DNA of 64,000 nucleotides from Minisyncoccia bacterium (GTDB taxonomy: Bacteria > Patescibacteriota > Minisyncoccia > Phycocordibacterales > UBA9973), in assembly GCA_038249055.1 (NCBI GenBank), contig JBBRWS010000002.1:14118-78117 (forward strand), given 5' to 3'. How positions within the stretch are numbered: position 1 is the first letter of the stretch; every line of letters begins with the position of its first letter. Below, in pieces: positions 1 through 9,172 of this stretch. The notes beneath the pieces are model-generated. The model was not told the origin of the DNA, did not search any database, and saw only the letters and a program-made list of their open reading frames with translations. The translations under genes and the position numbers were made by a program.

Positions 1-440
1 TAAAAGAGGCAATGTTGTTTGATGTCTTGTTACCATGTCATTTTTTAATTTTTGAGTACTTTCTCCTTGCCAGAAAGCTTCCGCTAAATTATAACCTGGA
101 ACAATTAACATAACATTTTTAATGTTAATTGTATCTGAAACAATCATACAAAATAACCCACCTAAGCTTTGACCATATAAATAAAAAGAACGAGGTTTTT
201 TATCTTTTAATTTATTTAAATCCCTTATAATTGTATTAATTAAATACTTAAAATTCTCTTTTGTTTTGATTGGGTCAGAATTTAAGATTTTATCTGGATA
301 AGCATATTGGAGATACCCGTATTCATTCGGAATTGATTCTCTCATTAAGTAATAGAGAGATTCATATGATGACCAGCCATCTACTAAGATAATAATATTA
401 TCTTTATTTAATCTTTGGCTAATCTTCGTAATTTTAATCA
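1..440 (-). CDS. alpha/beta-hydrolase fold protein, N-terminal part (gene runs off the window start)
   Basis: My own minus-strand translation from the ATG at 440 gives MIKITKISQRLNKDNIIILVDGWSS...GQSLGG, a GxSxG nucleophile elbow. It is missing from the ORF track because there is no stop inside the window. Confidence 0.45.
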
Positions 441-557
441 TGTTTTATAATTATATATTCTCCTGGTTGTTTTAACAAATATAGATTTAATTTAATTGAC
501 TATGTCTACTATGAAAGGATATAATGAACGTATTAATATTAAAATCTAGTTAAAAGT

Positions 558-926
558 ATGAGTCAATTTGAAATGCATAATATGGGTAAAAAGCCTGAAG
601 CGAGTATCACTGCTGAAAATAATTCTGAAATAAATAAACAAAACTTAGAAAATAAAAAAGAAGATATTCTTTTTGAGCTCGGCTCGATTCAAAAAACGTT
701 AGAATCACTCGAAAGCAACGAAGAGGGGTATGAATATGAATATGCAGATACAGGAGATTCAATGATGACTCTCGATAGTATTCTTGGTTCTAATGAAGCA
801 TATAAAGAATCTTTAGTAATGAGAAGAGAAGCTTCTGAAAAAATTATGCAAGGTAATGCTGAAGAAAAAAAAGAAGGAATAAAAGAAGCTATGGCTTGGG
901 TTGAAAAAGTTAAAGGATTACTTTAA
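558..926 (+). CDS. hypothetical acidic protein
   Basis: 122-aa ORF rich in Glu/Lys. I see no recognisable motif. Confidence 0.35.
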   Translation: MSQFEMHNMGKKPEASITAENNSEINKQNLENKKEDILFELGSIQKTLESLESNEEGYEYEYADTGDSMMTLDSILGSNEAYKESLVMRREASEKIMQGNAEEKKEGIKEAMAWVEKVKGLL

Positions 927-1040
927 TTTTTTTAAGAAATAATTTTATTAAAATAAACCTTATAAATTAAGGTTTATTTTAATTTTTATCTATTATTTTA
1001 TATTATATTAAATTTATAACGTTGCAATAGATTATATTAT

Positions 1041-1433
1041 GTGACATCATATATTAAAATTTTAAACTTAATACATAAAAAGATGAAAAAATTAATAATT
1101 GCTATTTTTTTATTTTTTATCATTTCTGTATCAGTTTCTGCTAAAAATTCCAGTAAAATTTTTATGGAATTAACCAGAATCATGATGATTTCATACCCCG
1201 AAGGAACAATAGAATACCAAAAAGCAGTATTTCCTTGTTGGAAAATTAATAATGGTGTTTTTGTTTATATTCCTGAAAAACAGTTATTTATTGGAAAATT
1301 TAAATATTACAATTTTTCTGTAAGTAGCAAGAAGACCGGTTTGTCGTGGATGGGGGTCAACGAAAAGGCCAGTCGAAAAGAAAAAAGGCGTATTGAAAAA
1401 GAACTTTTAAGAGCTATTAAAGCCAGGAGGTAA
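1041..1433 (+). CDS. hypothetical protein with N-terminal signal/TM segment
   Basis: 130-aa ORF with a hydrophobic N-terminus (LIIAIFLFFIISVSVSA). The protein is basic. Confidence 0.35.
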   Translation: MTSYIKILNLIHKKMKKLIIAIFLFFIISVSVSAKNSSKIFMELTRIMMISYPEGTIEYQKAVFPCWKINNGVFVYIPEKQLFIGKFKYYNFSVSSKKTGLSWMGVNEKASRKEKRRIEKELLRAIKARR

Positions 1434-1455
1434 GGGTATCTTAAATACCCAAACA

Positions 1456-1490
1456 AAGGGGCCACATGACATATCATTGTGGCTCTTTTT
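1456..1490 (+). terminator. intrinsic terminator hairpin (GGGCCACA/TGTGGCTC) + T-run
   Basis: GC stem followed by TTTTT, directly after the stop at 1433. Confidence 0.6.
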
Positions 1491-1541
1491 AATTTATGTA
1501 TTTACCTAGAAACTAGTCACTAGCTGCTGTACCTAATTTTA

Positions 1542-1570
1542 TTGACACTATCAATGATAATTTATACAAT
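1542..1570 (+). promoter_or_regulatory. near-consensus sigma70-type promoter TTGACA-17-TACAAT
   Basis: TTGACA at 1542-1547, 17-nt spacer, TACAAT at 1565-1570. Confidence 0.5.
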
Positions 1571-1576
1571 TAAATT

Positions 1577-1757
1577 AAATATGTATATACGCTGTCCTGA
1601 GAGTTTTCTCAAAAAAATGAAAATTGCATGCATGCAGAAATAAATCTAGATGGAGAAACAAAACACTAACATGGATTGTTAAAGGAGCGTATCGCGTGTT
1701 GATAGTCTTCTAATAAGCAACCTCACAAGCCTGCCGCTCAACGATGCAGGTTTTTTT
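1577..1757 (+). ncRNA. candidate small non-coding RNA (about 180 nt, 6S-RNA-sized) between a consensus promoter and a strong terminator
   Basis: No ORF over 12 codons. Consensus promoter upstream. Terminator CCTGC..GCAGG + T7 at 1730-1757. Internal hairpins (GAGAGTTTTCTC). Confidence 0.3.
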
Positions 1758-1874
1758 ATTGTCGTATTTTGATTATCAATTATCTTCCAAAATCTTGTTC
1801 AAGTTAATTATAACCTTATAAATTAAGGTTTTACAAGAAAAAAGGTAAATATATATTGACAAATTGGCTTAAAT

Positions 1875-2342
1875 ATGCTATTATATAAAAACAACAGTTC
1901 TTTGATATATTTGATTTTAATTATATTTGTTAGCTGCTTCAAGGATCTTGAAGGATTTTTGAAACAGTTAACAATTTATACTAATTTAAAATCAGACGAA
2001 ATGAAATTAAAAGAAGAAGCATTTATGTTTAATCTTATAAATGCAAGTTATCGTAGAAAAATGGTTATCTTTGTTATTAATATTGTTGTTGTTGTAATTT
2101 CAGCAATAATTCTTATTAATAATTTTGGATACTTTGAACCCAAGATGCATGGTTTGAATATTATGATCCCAATAGTTATTTTTGGATTTTCTTTAGGTAG
2201 AATTCTTGTTTATGCTTTTGAAAAAGGATTACCTTGGTCTATGAAGAAAGATCAAATCAAAGCATTAAAAGAACAATCAGACGCTAAAGCAGATTTCGAA
2301 GACCTAAGGTTTAATGTTCCTCTTCATGAATATTTCCTATAA
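1875..2342 (+). CDS. hypothetical membrane protein
   Basis: 155 aa with two hydrophobic segments (MVIFVINIVVVVISAIILI; IMIPIVIFGFSLGRILV). Confidence 0.4.
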   Translation: MLLYKNNSSLIYLILIIFVSCFKDLEGFLKQLTIYTNLKSDEMKLKEEAFMFNLINASYRRKMVIFVINIVVVVISAIILINNFGYFEPKMHGLNIMIPIVIFGFSLGRILVYAFEKGLPWSMKKDQIKALKEQSDAKADFEDLRFNVPLHEYFL

Positions 2343-2367
2343 ATAAGGATATTCATCAATTTCTCAA

Positions 2368-2405
2368 ATAGAGCAAACAGTTTTACTGTTTGCTCTATTT
2401 TTTTA
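2368..2405 (+). terminator. intrinsic terminator (AGAGCAAACAG/CTGTTTGCTCT + T-run)
   Basis: 11-bp stem followed by T9. Confidence 0.65.
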
Positions 2406-2445
2406 AATTAGAACCTAGAAACTAGCCCCCTAATCACTAATTAAT

Positions 2446-2474
2446 TTGACATCTTTAAATCCATTTGCTAGTAT
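2446..2474 (+). promoter_or_regulatory. sigma70-type promoter TTGACA-17-TAGTAT for the ribosomal operon, followed by a ~145-nt leader
   Basis: TTGACA at 2446-2451, 17-nt spacer, TAGTAT at 2469-2474. The leader carries CTAG-rich repeats. Confidence 0.45.
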
Positions 2475-2618
2475 AGGGGGACATGAGTTTTAGATCCGTT
2501 TGTCTCCTTCTTTGCCCGTCTCAAAGAGATTAGGGAAGGACTAGGAAGAAAATAAACGAGATATCCTAACTTATGTCTAGTCGCTAGTATCTAGCCCCTA
2601 GAAGCTAATTATTTATAT

Positions 2619-2804
2619 ATGGCAAAAAAATCAGTAACAGCAAGACATTTAAAGAAGTCAAAATTTAGTACACGAGAAACAAATCGTTGTTTTCGTTGTT
2701 CCCGTGGACATGCTTATATGAGAGATTTCGGTCTATGTCGTATTTGTTTCCGCGAACTAGCAAACGAAGGTATGCTTCCAGGAGTACGTAAGTCATCTTG
2801 GTAA
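2619..2804 (+). CDS. rpsN: 30S ribosomal protein S14, Z-type (zinc-binding)
   Basis: 61 aa with CxxC...CxxC ([24 protein letters not shown]). It sits upstream of S8. Confidence 0.9.
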   Translation: MAKKSVTARHLKKSKFSTRETNRCFRCSRGHAYMRDFGLCRICFRELANEGMLPGVRKSSW

Positions 2805-2843
2805 TCGAAAGTAATAAGTAGAATAAGATTTAAACAAAAATAT

Positions 2844-3224
2844 ATGGACCAAATAGCAAACATGATGAATATGATAAAGAACGCAGGCCGTGCAAAGCAC
2901 GAGTTTGTTGTTGTTCCTCATTCAATAATTAAATTTTCTATAGCAGAATGCTTGGTAAGAGAAGGTTATCTTAAGAGCGTTACAAAGAAAACAAAGAAAG
3001 GCTTTCCAATAATAGAAGTAGGTTTAGTATACGCTGAAGATGGAACTCCAAAGATTATCGGAGCAGATCGTATTTCAAAATCATCATGCCGAGTATATAA
3101 AGGAGTTAAAGATATCAAAAGAGCTTATGGATTAACAATTCTTTCAACATCAAAAGGTATTTTAACTGAAAAAGAAGCACGAAAAGAAATGGTCGGAGGA
3201 GAAGTATTGTTTAAAATTTGGTAA
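2844..3224 (+). CDS. rpsH: 30S ribosomal protein S8
   Basis: The N-terminus DQIANMMNMIKNAGRAKHEFVVVP is typical of S8, and the operon position fits. Confidence 0.9.
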   Translation: MDQIANMMNMIKNAGRAKHEFVVVPHSIIKFSIAECLVREGYLKSVTKKTKKGFPIIEVGLVYAEDGTPKIIGADRISKSSCRVYKGVKDIKRAYGLTILSTSKGILTEKEARKEMVGGEVLFKIW

Positions 3225-3233
3225 TTAATATAT

Positions 3234-3770
3234 ATGAGTAGAATTGGAAAACAAACAGTTATAATCCCCGCAGGTACAGAAGCTAAACTTTCTGGAACTA
3301 CTTTTTCCGTGAAAGGTCCAAAGGGCTCACTTACACGTGACTTTCCAGGAGAAGTAACTTTACATATAAATGGTAATGAAATAACTTTTACTCCCAATAA
3401 GCAAAATGACCGTACAGTAAATTCACTATGGGGTACATATGCTTCACATGTTAAAAACATGGTTATTGGAGTAAACGAAGGTTACACAAAAAAGCTTATA
3501 CTAGAAGGAGTTGGTTTCAAGTCAGAAGTTGCAGGAAACATGCTCAATCTAGCCTTAGGTTTTTCACACCCAGTTAAAATAACTATTCCAGTAGGCCTAA
3601 CTGTTACTGCAGAAAAGAACAATGTTACAGTTACAGGTATTGATAAAGAACTAGTTGGTTCATTTACCGCATCTGTGAGAGCAAACAAGAAACCAGAACC
3701 TTATAAAGGAAAAGGATTCCGTTATTCAGATGAAGTTATCCGTCGTAAGCAAGGTAAGAAAGCAGCATAG
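3234..3770 (+). CDS. rplF: 50S ribosomal protein L6
   Basis: MSRIGKQTVIIPAGTEAKLSGTTFSVKGPKGSL matches the L6 N-terminus. Confidence 0.9.
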   Translation: MSRIGKQTVIIPAGTEAKLSGTTFSVKGPKGSLTRDFPGEVTLHINGNEITFTPNKQNDRTVNSLWGTYASHVKNMVIGVNEGYTKKLILEGVGFKSEVAGNMLNLALGFSHPVKITIPVGLTVTAEKNNVTVTGIDKELVGSFTASVRANKKPEPYKGKGFRYSDEVIRRKQGKKAA

Positions 3771-3817
3771 TAATTACTAATTAAAAATTACTGATTACTA
3801 ATTTTAAATACAAAAAT

Positions 3818-4162
3818 ATGATTAATAAAAAAATAGAAAAAAGAATAAGACTAAAGAAAAAAATCCGTACAAAGATCAACGGTACAGCAGAATGTCCACG
3901 TCTTTCTGTTTTTCGTTCAAACAATTTTATGTACGCTCAAATTATTGATGATATAAATCAAGTTACTTTAGCTTCAGCTTCAGACATTAAAGTTACAAAA
4001 GGAACTAAAACAGACCGTTCAGTTGCCGTAGGGGAAGAAGTTGCAAAGAAGGCCATTGCAAAAGGTATAAAGTCTTGCGTTTTTGATCGTAATGGTTTTA
4101 AATACACAGGAAGAGTTAAGGCGCTTGCAGATTCTGCACGTTCCGCAGGTCTAAAATTTTAA
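3818..4162 (+). CDS. rplR: 50S ribosomal protein L18
   Basis: The C-terminal [26 protein letters not shown] is an L18 signature. Confidence 0.9.
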   Translation: MINKKIEKRIRLKKKIRTKINGTAECPRLSVFRSNNFMYAQIIDDINQVTLASASDIKVTKGTKTDRSVAVGEEVAKKAIAKGIKSCVFDRNGFKYTGRVKALADSARSAGLKF

Positions 4163-4171
4163 TATAAAAAT

Positions 4172-4795
4172 ATGGATACAACAAAACCAAAACCAAATAC
4201 AGGTAATAATAGAAGTTTTAGTAAACCAGCTTATGGAGCTAAAAGAGAAGGTAGTGATACACGTCGTTCACGTCCATCTTTCGAACGTCCAAAGCCAGAG
4301 TTTGATCAAAAAATGGTTTCAATTCGTCGCGTTACTCGTGTGGTAGCCGGTGGACGTCGTATGACATTTGCTGTCGCAATTGCTATTGGAGATAAAAAGG
4401 GTTCAGTTGGACTAGGAACTGGAAAGGGAGTTGATACTGCTATTGCAATTACAAAAGCTCTTCGCCAGGCAAAAAAGAACATGTTCAAAATAAAGACAAC
4501 AAAAGAAATGTCTATTGCTCATGAAGTTTCAGCTAAGTTTGCAAGTTCTCAATTGTCTATCATGCCTAACCGAGGAAAAGGTTTAGTGTCAGGAAGTACT
4601 GTTCGTGATATGCTAATATTAGCAGGTATAAAAAATGTAACTGCAAAGCTTCACTCAGGTAGTAAAAATAAATTAAACAACGCACGTGTCGCTTATAAGA
4701 CACTTTACATGCTTAGAGAAAAGTCATCTGCAGTAAAGTCAGTTCCTTTCGTTGCTGAAGCAGTAAAAGAGGAAGCAAAGGAAGAAGTTAAATAA
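4172..4795 (+). CDS. rpsE: 30S ribosomal protein S5 (with basic N-terminal extension)
   Basis: VTRVVAGGRRMTFAVAIAIGDKKGSVGLGTGKG is the S5 core. Confidence 0.9.
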   Translation: MDTTKPKPNTGNNRSFSKPAYGAKREGSDTRRSRPSFERPKPEFDQKMVSIRRVTRVVAGGRRMTFAVAIAIGDKKGSVGLGTGKGVDTAIAITKALRQAKKNMFKIKTTKEMSIAHEVSAKFASSQLSIMPNRGKGLVSGSTVRDMLILAGIKNVTAKLHSGSKNKLNNARVAYKTLYMLREKSSAVKSVPFVAEAVKEEAKEEVK

Positions 4796-4806
4796 ATTTA
4801 AATTAT

Positions 4807-5235
4807 ATGCAATTAGATACACTAAAAAGAAAGAATCCAAATAAAAAAGCCCAACAAGTTGGACGTGGAGGTACTCGTGGTAAGACATCTGGCCGTGGAG
4901 GTAAAGGTCAGACAGCTCGTGCTGGTAACAAACGCCGTCCACAAATCCGTGATATCATAAAGAAACTTCCAAAACTTAGAGGATATCGTTTTAATTCACC
5001 TTCAATCAAATCATCCCCAGTAAACGTAGGAGATTTAAATATTTTTGAATCAGGAGCAATCATTACTCCAGCATCATTATTTGAAAATAATTTAGTTCGT
5101 CGCGTAGGTGGAGTAGTTCCTCATGTAAAGATTCTAGCAAAAGGTGAAATAACTAAAAAACTTTCTATTACTGGCTGTACTGTCTCAGTGAGTGCTCGTA
5201 CAAAGATTGAGAAAGCTGGTGGAAGTGTAAAATAA
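4807..5235 (+). CDS. rplO: 50S ribosomal protein L15
   Basis: GRGGTRGKTSGRGGKGQTARAG glycine-rich L15 N-terminus. It follows S5 directly, so no L30 gene is present. Confidence 0.9.
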   Translation: MQLDTLKRKNPNKKAQQVGRGGTRGKTSGRGGKGQTARAGNKRRPQIRDIIKKLPKLRGYRFNSPSIKSSPVNVGDLNIFESGAIITPASLFENNLVRRVGGVVPHVKILAKGEITKKLSITGCTVSVSARTKIEKAGGSVK

Positions 5236-5343
5236 ATACTTGTCCCGTTATAAATTTAACGAAACATGTTTTATAGCTTAATTAGAAAATGCAGAATGAT
5301 TTAAGATTGTCGTTTAATTATAAAGTAATAAATTTATACTGGG

Positions 5344-6612
5344 ATGGAAATTGTTTGGAACAAAATAAAAGCAATATTTACAGATAAAACCTTAAGAAAT
5401 AGGGTTTTGTTTGTGTTTGCTGCTTTAGCTGTGTTCCGACTTTTGTCAGCTATTCCTGTCCCAGGAGTTGATGCCATAAAGCTTCAAAATTTTCTAAGTA
5501 ATAACCAATTAGCCGGTGTTTTAAATATTTTTTCTGGTGGAGGGTTATCAACTCTTTCTATAATTATGCTCGGAGTTGGTCCATACATTACATCTTCTAT
5601 TATAATGCAGCTTTTGACCATCATGTCACCTAGACTTAAGGCGATGTATCAAGAGGATGGAGAAATAGGACGCAAAAAATTTACACAATTTAGTAGAATG
5701 ATTACCGTTCCCTTGGCTATAGTTCAAGGTTTAGCTTTACTAGTTTTATTGAGACGCCAAGGTATTATTTTAGATGTTTCAGCTTTTGGTATGCTTGTAA
5801 ATCTTTCAGTTGTAGTTGCCGGTTCAATGCTTATAATGTGGATTGGTGAATTGGTTTCAGAATTTGGTATTGGAAACGGTGTTTCATTAATAATCTTTGC
5901 AGGTATTGTTGCTGCTATGCCAAAAGAAATATGGAATTTCTTTTTCACTTTTGATATTTCTAAATTACCCGTATATCTTTTATTCTTAGCAACTGGTTTA
6001 TTAATAGTTGCTGGAGTAGTTGTTGTTACAGAAGCAGAACGTCCTATTCCTGTGACTTATGCAAAACAGGTTCGCGGTGATCATGTTTCTGGAGGTACTC
6101 AAACATATCTTCCACTTCGTATCAACCAAGCAGGAGTAATTCCAATAATTTTTGCACTTTCAATATTAATGTTTCCACAATTGATTGGTAATTTCTTGGC
6201 TACTTATACTGGATTTTTGAAGTCAATTTCAGTTGGACTATTATGGTTTGTTCAAAATACATGGCTATATTCACTATTCTATTTTATCTTTGTATTTTTA
6301 TTTACTTACTTTTATACTGCTGTTACTTTCGACCCAGAACAAGTTTCAACAAACTTACAGAAGAATGGAGCATTCGTTCCAGGTATTCGTCCAGGTGCAG
6401 CTACAAGAGACTATATATCAAAGATACTAAATCGTACGACTATGATGGGGGCAGTCTTTCTTGGCTTAATAGCAGTTCTTCCTCTTATCATAAGAGCCAT
6501 AACTGGAATATCAGCCTTTGCAATTGGAGGTACAGCACTTTTGATTGTTGTGTCTGTAGTCCTGGATTTAATTAAAAAAGTTGAAGCGCAATTATCAATG
6601 AGAGAATATTAA
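5344..6612 (+). CDS. secY: preprotein translocase subunit SecY
   Basis: 422-aa polytopic membrane protein following rplO. The start codon is uncertain. Confidence 0.85.
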   Translation: MEIVWNKIKAIFTDKTLRNRVLFVFAALAVFRLLSAIPVPGVDAIKLQNFLSNNQLAGVLNIFSGGGLSTLSIIMLGVGPYITSSIIMQLLTIMSPRLKAMYQEDGEIGRKKFTQFSRMITVPLAIVQGLALLVLLRRQGIILDVSAFGMLVNLSVVVAGSMLIMWIGELVSEFGIGNGVSLIIFAGIVAAMPKEIWNFFFTFDISKLPVYLLFLATGLLIVAGVVVVTEAERPIPVTYAKQVRGDHVSGGTQTYLPLRINQAGVIPIIFALSILMFPQLIGNFLATYTGFLKSISVGLLWFVQNTWLYSLFYFIFVFLFTYFYTAVTFDPEQVSTNLQKNGAFVPGIRPGAATRDYISKILNRTTMMGAVFLGLIAVLPLIIRAITGISAFAIGGTALLIVVSVVLDLIKKVEAQLSMREY

Positions 6613-6641
6613 AAAAGACCCTGTAATTCGGGTCTTTTTTT
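6611..6641 (+). terminator. intrinsic terminator (GACCC..GGGTC + T-run)
   Basis: AAAAAAGACCCTGTAATTCGGGTCTTTTTTT. Confidence 0.7.
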
Positions 6642-6672
6642 ATGTTTAATTAATTTAGTATATAATATCAAT

Positions 6673-7275
6673 ATGAACAAACCACAAACATTTATATTTT
6701 TTGGAATAGTTGGTTCTGGAAAGGGAACCCAAGTAGATTTATTAGAAAAGTTTTTAAAAGAAAAAAATATTTCAGATGATATTTTATTTACTTCAACAGG
6801 TAATGAGTATAGAAAATTAATTAATAGTGATACTCTTACAAGTAAAATTGTTAAAGTTAATCTAGAAAAAGGATTTCTACAGCCTGACTTTTTAACAATT
6901 AGTTTATTTACTGATATTTTAATTAGAGATTTAAAGGAAACCACTACTTTAATAGCTGATGGTTTTCCTCGCACTGTTTCTCAATCAGAAGCATTTGAAG
7001 ATATGATGAAATTCTATGACCGAGATAATGTTAAAATTGTTTACATAGAACTGAGTAGAGAAGAAGCTGTTAAAAGAATGAAATTAAGAGCACGCTCAGA
7101 TGATACTGATGAAGGTATTAAAAACCGTTTTGATGAATACGTAAATAATGTTGTTCCTTCAATGGATTATTTTAAAGATAAAAATGGTTATACTATATAT
7201 ACTATAAATGGAGACCAAGAAATAATTGATGTTCATAAGGAAATTATTAATAAAATTAATTTTAATCTTCTTTAA
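6673..7275 (+). CDS. adk: adenylate kinase
   Basis: P-loop GIVGSGKGTQ. Position after secY. 200 aa. Confidence 0.7.
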   Translation: MNKPQTFIFFGIVGSGKGTQVDLLEKFLKEKNISDDILFTSTGNEYRKLINSDTLTSKIVKVNLEKGFLQPDFLTISLFTDILIRDLKETTTLIADGFPRTVSQSEAFEDMMKFYDRDNVKIVYIELSREEAVKRMKLRARSDDTDEGIKNRFDEYVNNVVPSMDYFKDKNGYTIYTINGDQEIIDVHKEIINKINFNLL

Positions 7276-7278
7276 TTT

Positions 7279-7965
7279 ATGCAAAAAAATGAGCCAATAA
7301 TTTTATCATTAGGGGGATCATTAATAATTCCTGATCAAATAGATATTAATTTTTTAAAAGATTTCAAAGAATTAATTTTGGCTCAAGTTAAAAATGGAAA
7401 GAAATTTATAATTGTTACTGGAGGAGGTAAAATTTGCAGGAATTATCAAAAAGTAGCAAAAGAAATTTCAAATCCATCAGACGAAGATTTAGACTGGATC
7501 GGAATTGCATCTTTGAAACTTAATGCTGAATTACTAAGAGTAATTTTTGGTGAATATTCACATGATAAAGTAATAGAAAATCTTTCTGATAATTTAAATT
7601 TTGAAAAACCAATTATTATTGGTTCTGCTTATAAACCAGGCCAGAGTACAGATTGGGGTGCTGTAATTGCAGCTGAAAATTTTGGTTCAAAAATGGTAAT
7701 TAATCTTTCCAATATTGATTATGTTTATGATTCAGACCCTAAACAAAATCCAAACGCTAAAAAAATAGAAAAAATTTCATGGGATGATTACAGAAACATA
7801 ATTCCTAAATATTGGAATCCAGGATTAAATTCTCCTTTTGATCCTATTGCTTCTAAAAAGGCAGAAGAGTTAGGGGTGGAAGTTCACTTTATTTTAGGTA
7901 GTGATTTGGAAAGTCTAAATAATTGCATAGAAAATTTACCTTTTACTGGAACAACAATTAATTAG
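7279..7965 (+). CDS. amino-acid-kinase family protein (UMP-kinase/isopentenyl-phosphate-kinase-like)
   Basis: N-terminal ILSLGGSLIIPD and VTGGG motifs of the carbamate/amino acid kinase fold. 228 aa. Confidence 0.5.
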   Translation: MQKNEPIILSLGGSLIIPDQIDINFLKDFKELILAQVKNGKKFIIVTGGGKICRNYQKVAKEISNPSDEDLDWIGIASLKLNAELLRVIFGEYSHDKVIENLSDNLNFEKPIIIGSAYKPGQSTDWGAVIAAENFGSKMVINLSNIDYVYDSDPKQNPNAKKIEKISWDDYRNIIPKYWNPGLNSPFDPIASKKAEELGVEVHFILGSDLESLNNCIENLPFTGTTIN

Positions 7966-8008
7966 GTTCTAGTGGATAGTGATTAGGTTATAGTAAAAAT
8001 ACATAAAT

Positions 8009-8104
8009 ATCTAGGGCCCAAAGCTACGCTTTGGGCCCTAGATTTACAGATAAATAATAAGTTTATCTTTACCATATCAACGCTATAGTGTTGATATGGT
8101 AAAG
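8009..8104. repeat. two consecutive perfect palindromes (ATCTAGGGCCCAAAGC..GCTTTGGGCCCTAGAT and CTTTACCATATCAAC..GTTGATATGGTAAAG)
   Basis: Read directly from the sequence. GC-rich stems in an AT-rich spacer upstream of map. Confidence 0.6.
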
Positions 8105-8146
8105 ATTCATTTGCTTATATCTATTATTTATTCTAATATCTTATAT

Positions 8147-8914
8147 ATGTCAGTAATAATAAAAACTCAAAAAGAAATAGATATTATTCGTGAAGGAGGT
8201 AAAATACTAGCCAAAGTTTTAGCACAAACAGCTAAACACGTTAAACCCGGTATTACCACAGGTGAGCTTGATAAGTATGCTCATGATTTAATTAAAAAAG
8301 AAGGTGGAACTCCAGCCTTTTTGAATTACAAACCAGAGGGGGCCTCACACGCTTTTCCAGCATCTATTTGTATATCCGTTAACAACGAGATAGTTCATGG
8401 TATTCCAACTAAAAACAGGATTTTAAAAGAGGGAGATATAGTTTCACTTGACCTTGGCGTGAAGTACAAGGGCCTTTTTACCGACCATGCTGTTACTGTT
8501 GCTGTAGGTAAGGTTTCAAAAAAAGATCAACAGTTAATGGCAGACACAAAAAAAGCTTTGGAAGTTGGTATCATGGCAGCACGAGGTGGAAATACTGTTG
8601 GTGATATTGGTCATGCAATTGAGTCATTTGTTAATAGGAGATATGGTATTGTGCGAGAGCTTGCAGGTCATGGAGTTGGAATAAAGATTCACGAAGATCC
8701 TTATATTCCCAATTATGGTAAAGCTGGAAAGGGACAGAAATTGATTCCTGGAATGGTTGTAGCTATTGAGCCTATGTTAAATCTCGGAAGAGATCACATT
8801 CTTAGTATGGATGATGGTTATACTATTAAAACTGCAGATGGTTCTCGAAGTGCTCACTTTGAACATACTATTCTCATCACAGAAGGTGATGCAGAAATTT
8901 TAACTATAGTATAA
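8147..8914 (+). CDS. map: methionine aminopeptidase type I
   Basis: MetAP-I fold motifs (HGIP, DxG, HGVG, EPM, EHT). I prefer the internal ATG at 8147 because the track ORF start overlaps the palindromes. Confidence 0.85.
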   Translation: MSVIIKTQKEIDIIREGGKILAKVLAQTAKHVKPGITTGELDKYAHDLIKKEGGTPAFLNYKPEGASHAFPASICISVNNEIVHGIPTKNRILKEGDIVSLDLGVKYKGLFTDHAVTVAVGKVSKKDQQLMADTKKALEVGIMAARGGNTVGDIGHAIESFVNRRYGIVRELAGHGVGIKIHEDPYIPNYGKAGKGQKLIPGMVVAIEPMLNLGRDHILSMDDGYTIKTADGSRSAHFEHTILITEGDAEILTIV

Positions 8915-8915
8915 A

Positions 8916-9012
8916 TTGTAGAGGTTGTACCTCTCAATCAGTAGATTGACCTACTCGGTACGGGAGCCCAGTAGGTGATTGTACTCAATCAAGGTCCAAC
9001 CTCTACAATTTT
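8916..9012. repeat. composite palindromic repeat element (TTGTAGAGGTTGTACCTCTCAATCAGTAGATTGACC...GGTCCAACCTCTACAA)
   Basis: Member of a family seen at 12819, 16700, 20611, 27270, 31826, 36202 and 41616. Confidence 0.7.
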
Positions 9013-9038
9013 AAAATAAGATATTAAATAGACGTTTC

Positions 9039-9110
9039 GCGGAATTGATAAAATTATTTCCTCTTTACCCCAGAGGGGCCCTACGAGATAAATAATTTTA
9101 TCAATTCCGC
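9039..9110. repeat. 21-nt perfect inverted repeat (GCGGAATTGATAAAATTATTT) flanking a CCCCAGAGGGG mini-palindrome
   Basis: Nested cruciform-capable structure 60 nt upstream of the 912-aa ATPase gene. Confidence 0.6.
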
Positions 9111-9172
9111 TTCACTAATAATTTATAGGTTTTTCCTGCTCCATTTTTATTTCTTATGGTATAATTATTCAC

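Noticed and set aside
3125-3460. Numerous short antisense or overlapping ORFs in the track (for example 3125..3460-, 3482..3688-, 4306..4488-, 5724..5948-, 6233..6575+, 6609..6974-, 10117..10317-, 10538..11062-, 11313..11576-, 15867..16097+, 16392..16601-, 24691..24933+, 28147..28398+, 29673..29873-, 30870..31232-, 32477..32749-, 33882..34139-, 35363..36082-, 39781..40076, 43144..43341-, 44081..44293-, 44876..45088-, 46407..46661-, 49124..49432-, 51123..51308-, 51331..51609-, 51914..52189-, 52454..52672-, 53882..54229-, 54509..54739-, 55084..55272+, 56816..57037-, 57748..57960-, 60191..60388-, 61103..61321+)
   Set aside because: Each is embedded within or antisense to a well-supported longer gene (ribosomal proteins, secY, the ATPase, ftsH, recG, eno, pil genes). 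They have AT-rich artefact compositions and no independent evidence.
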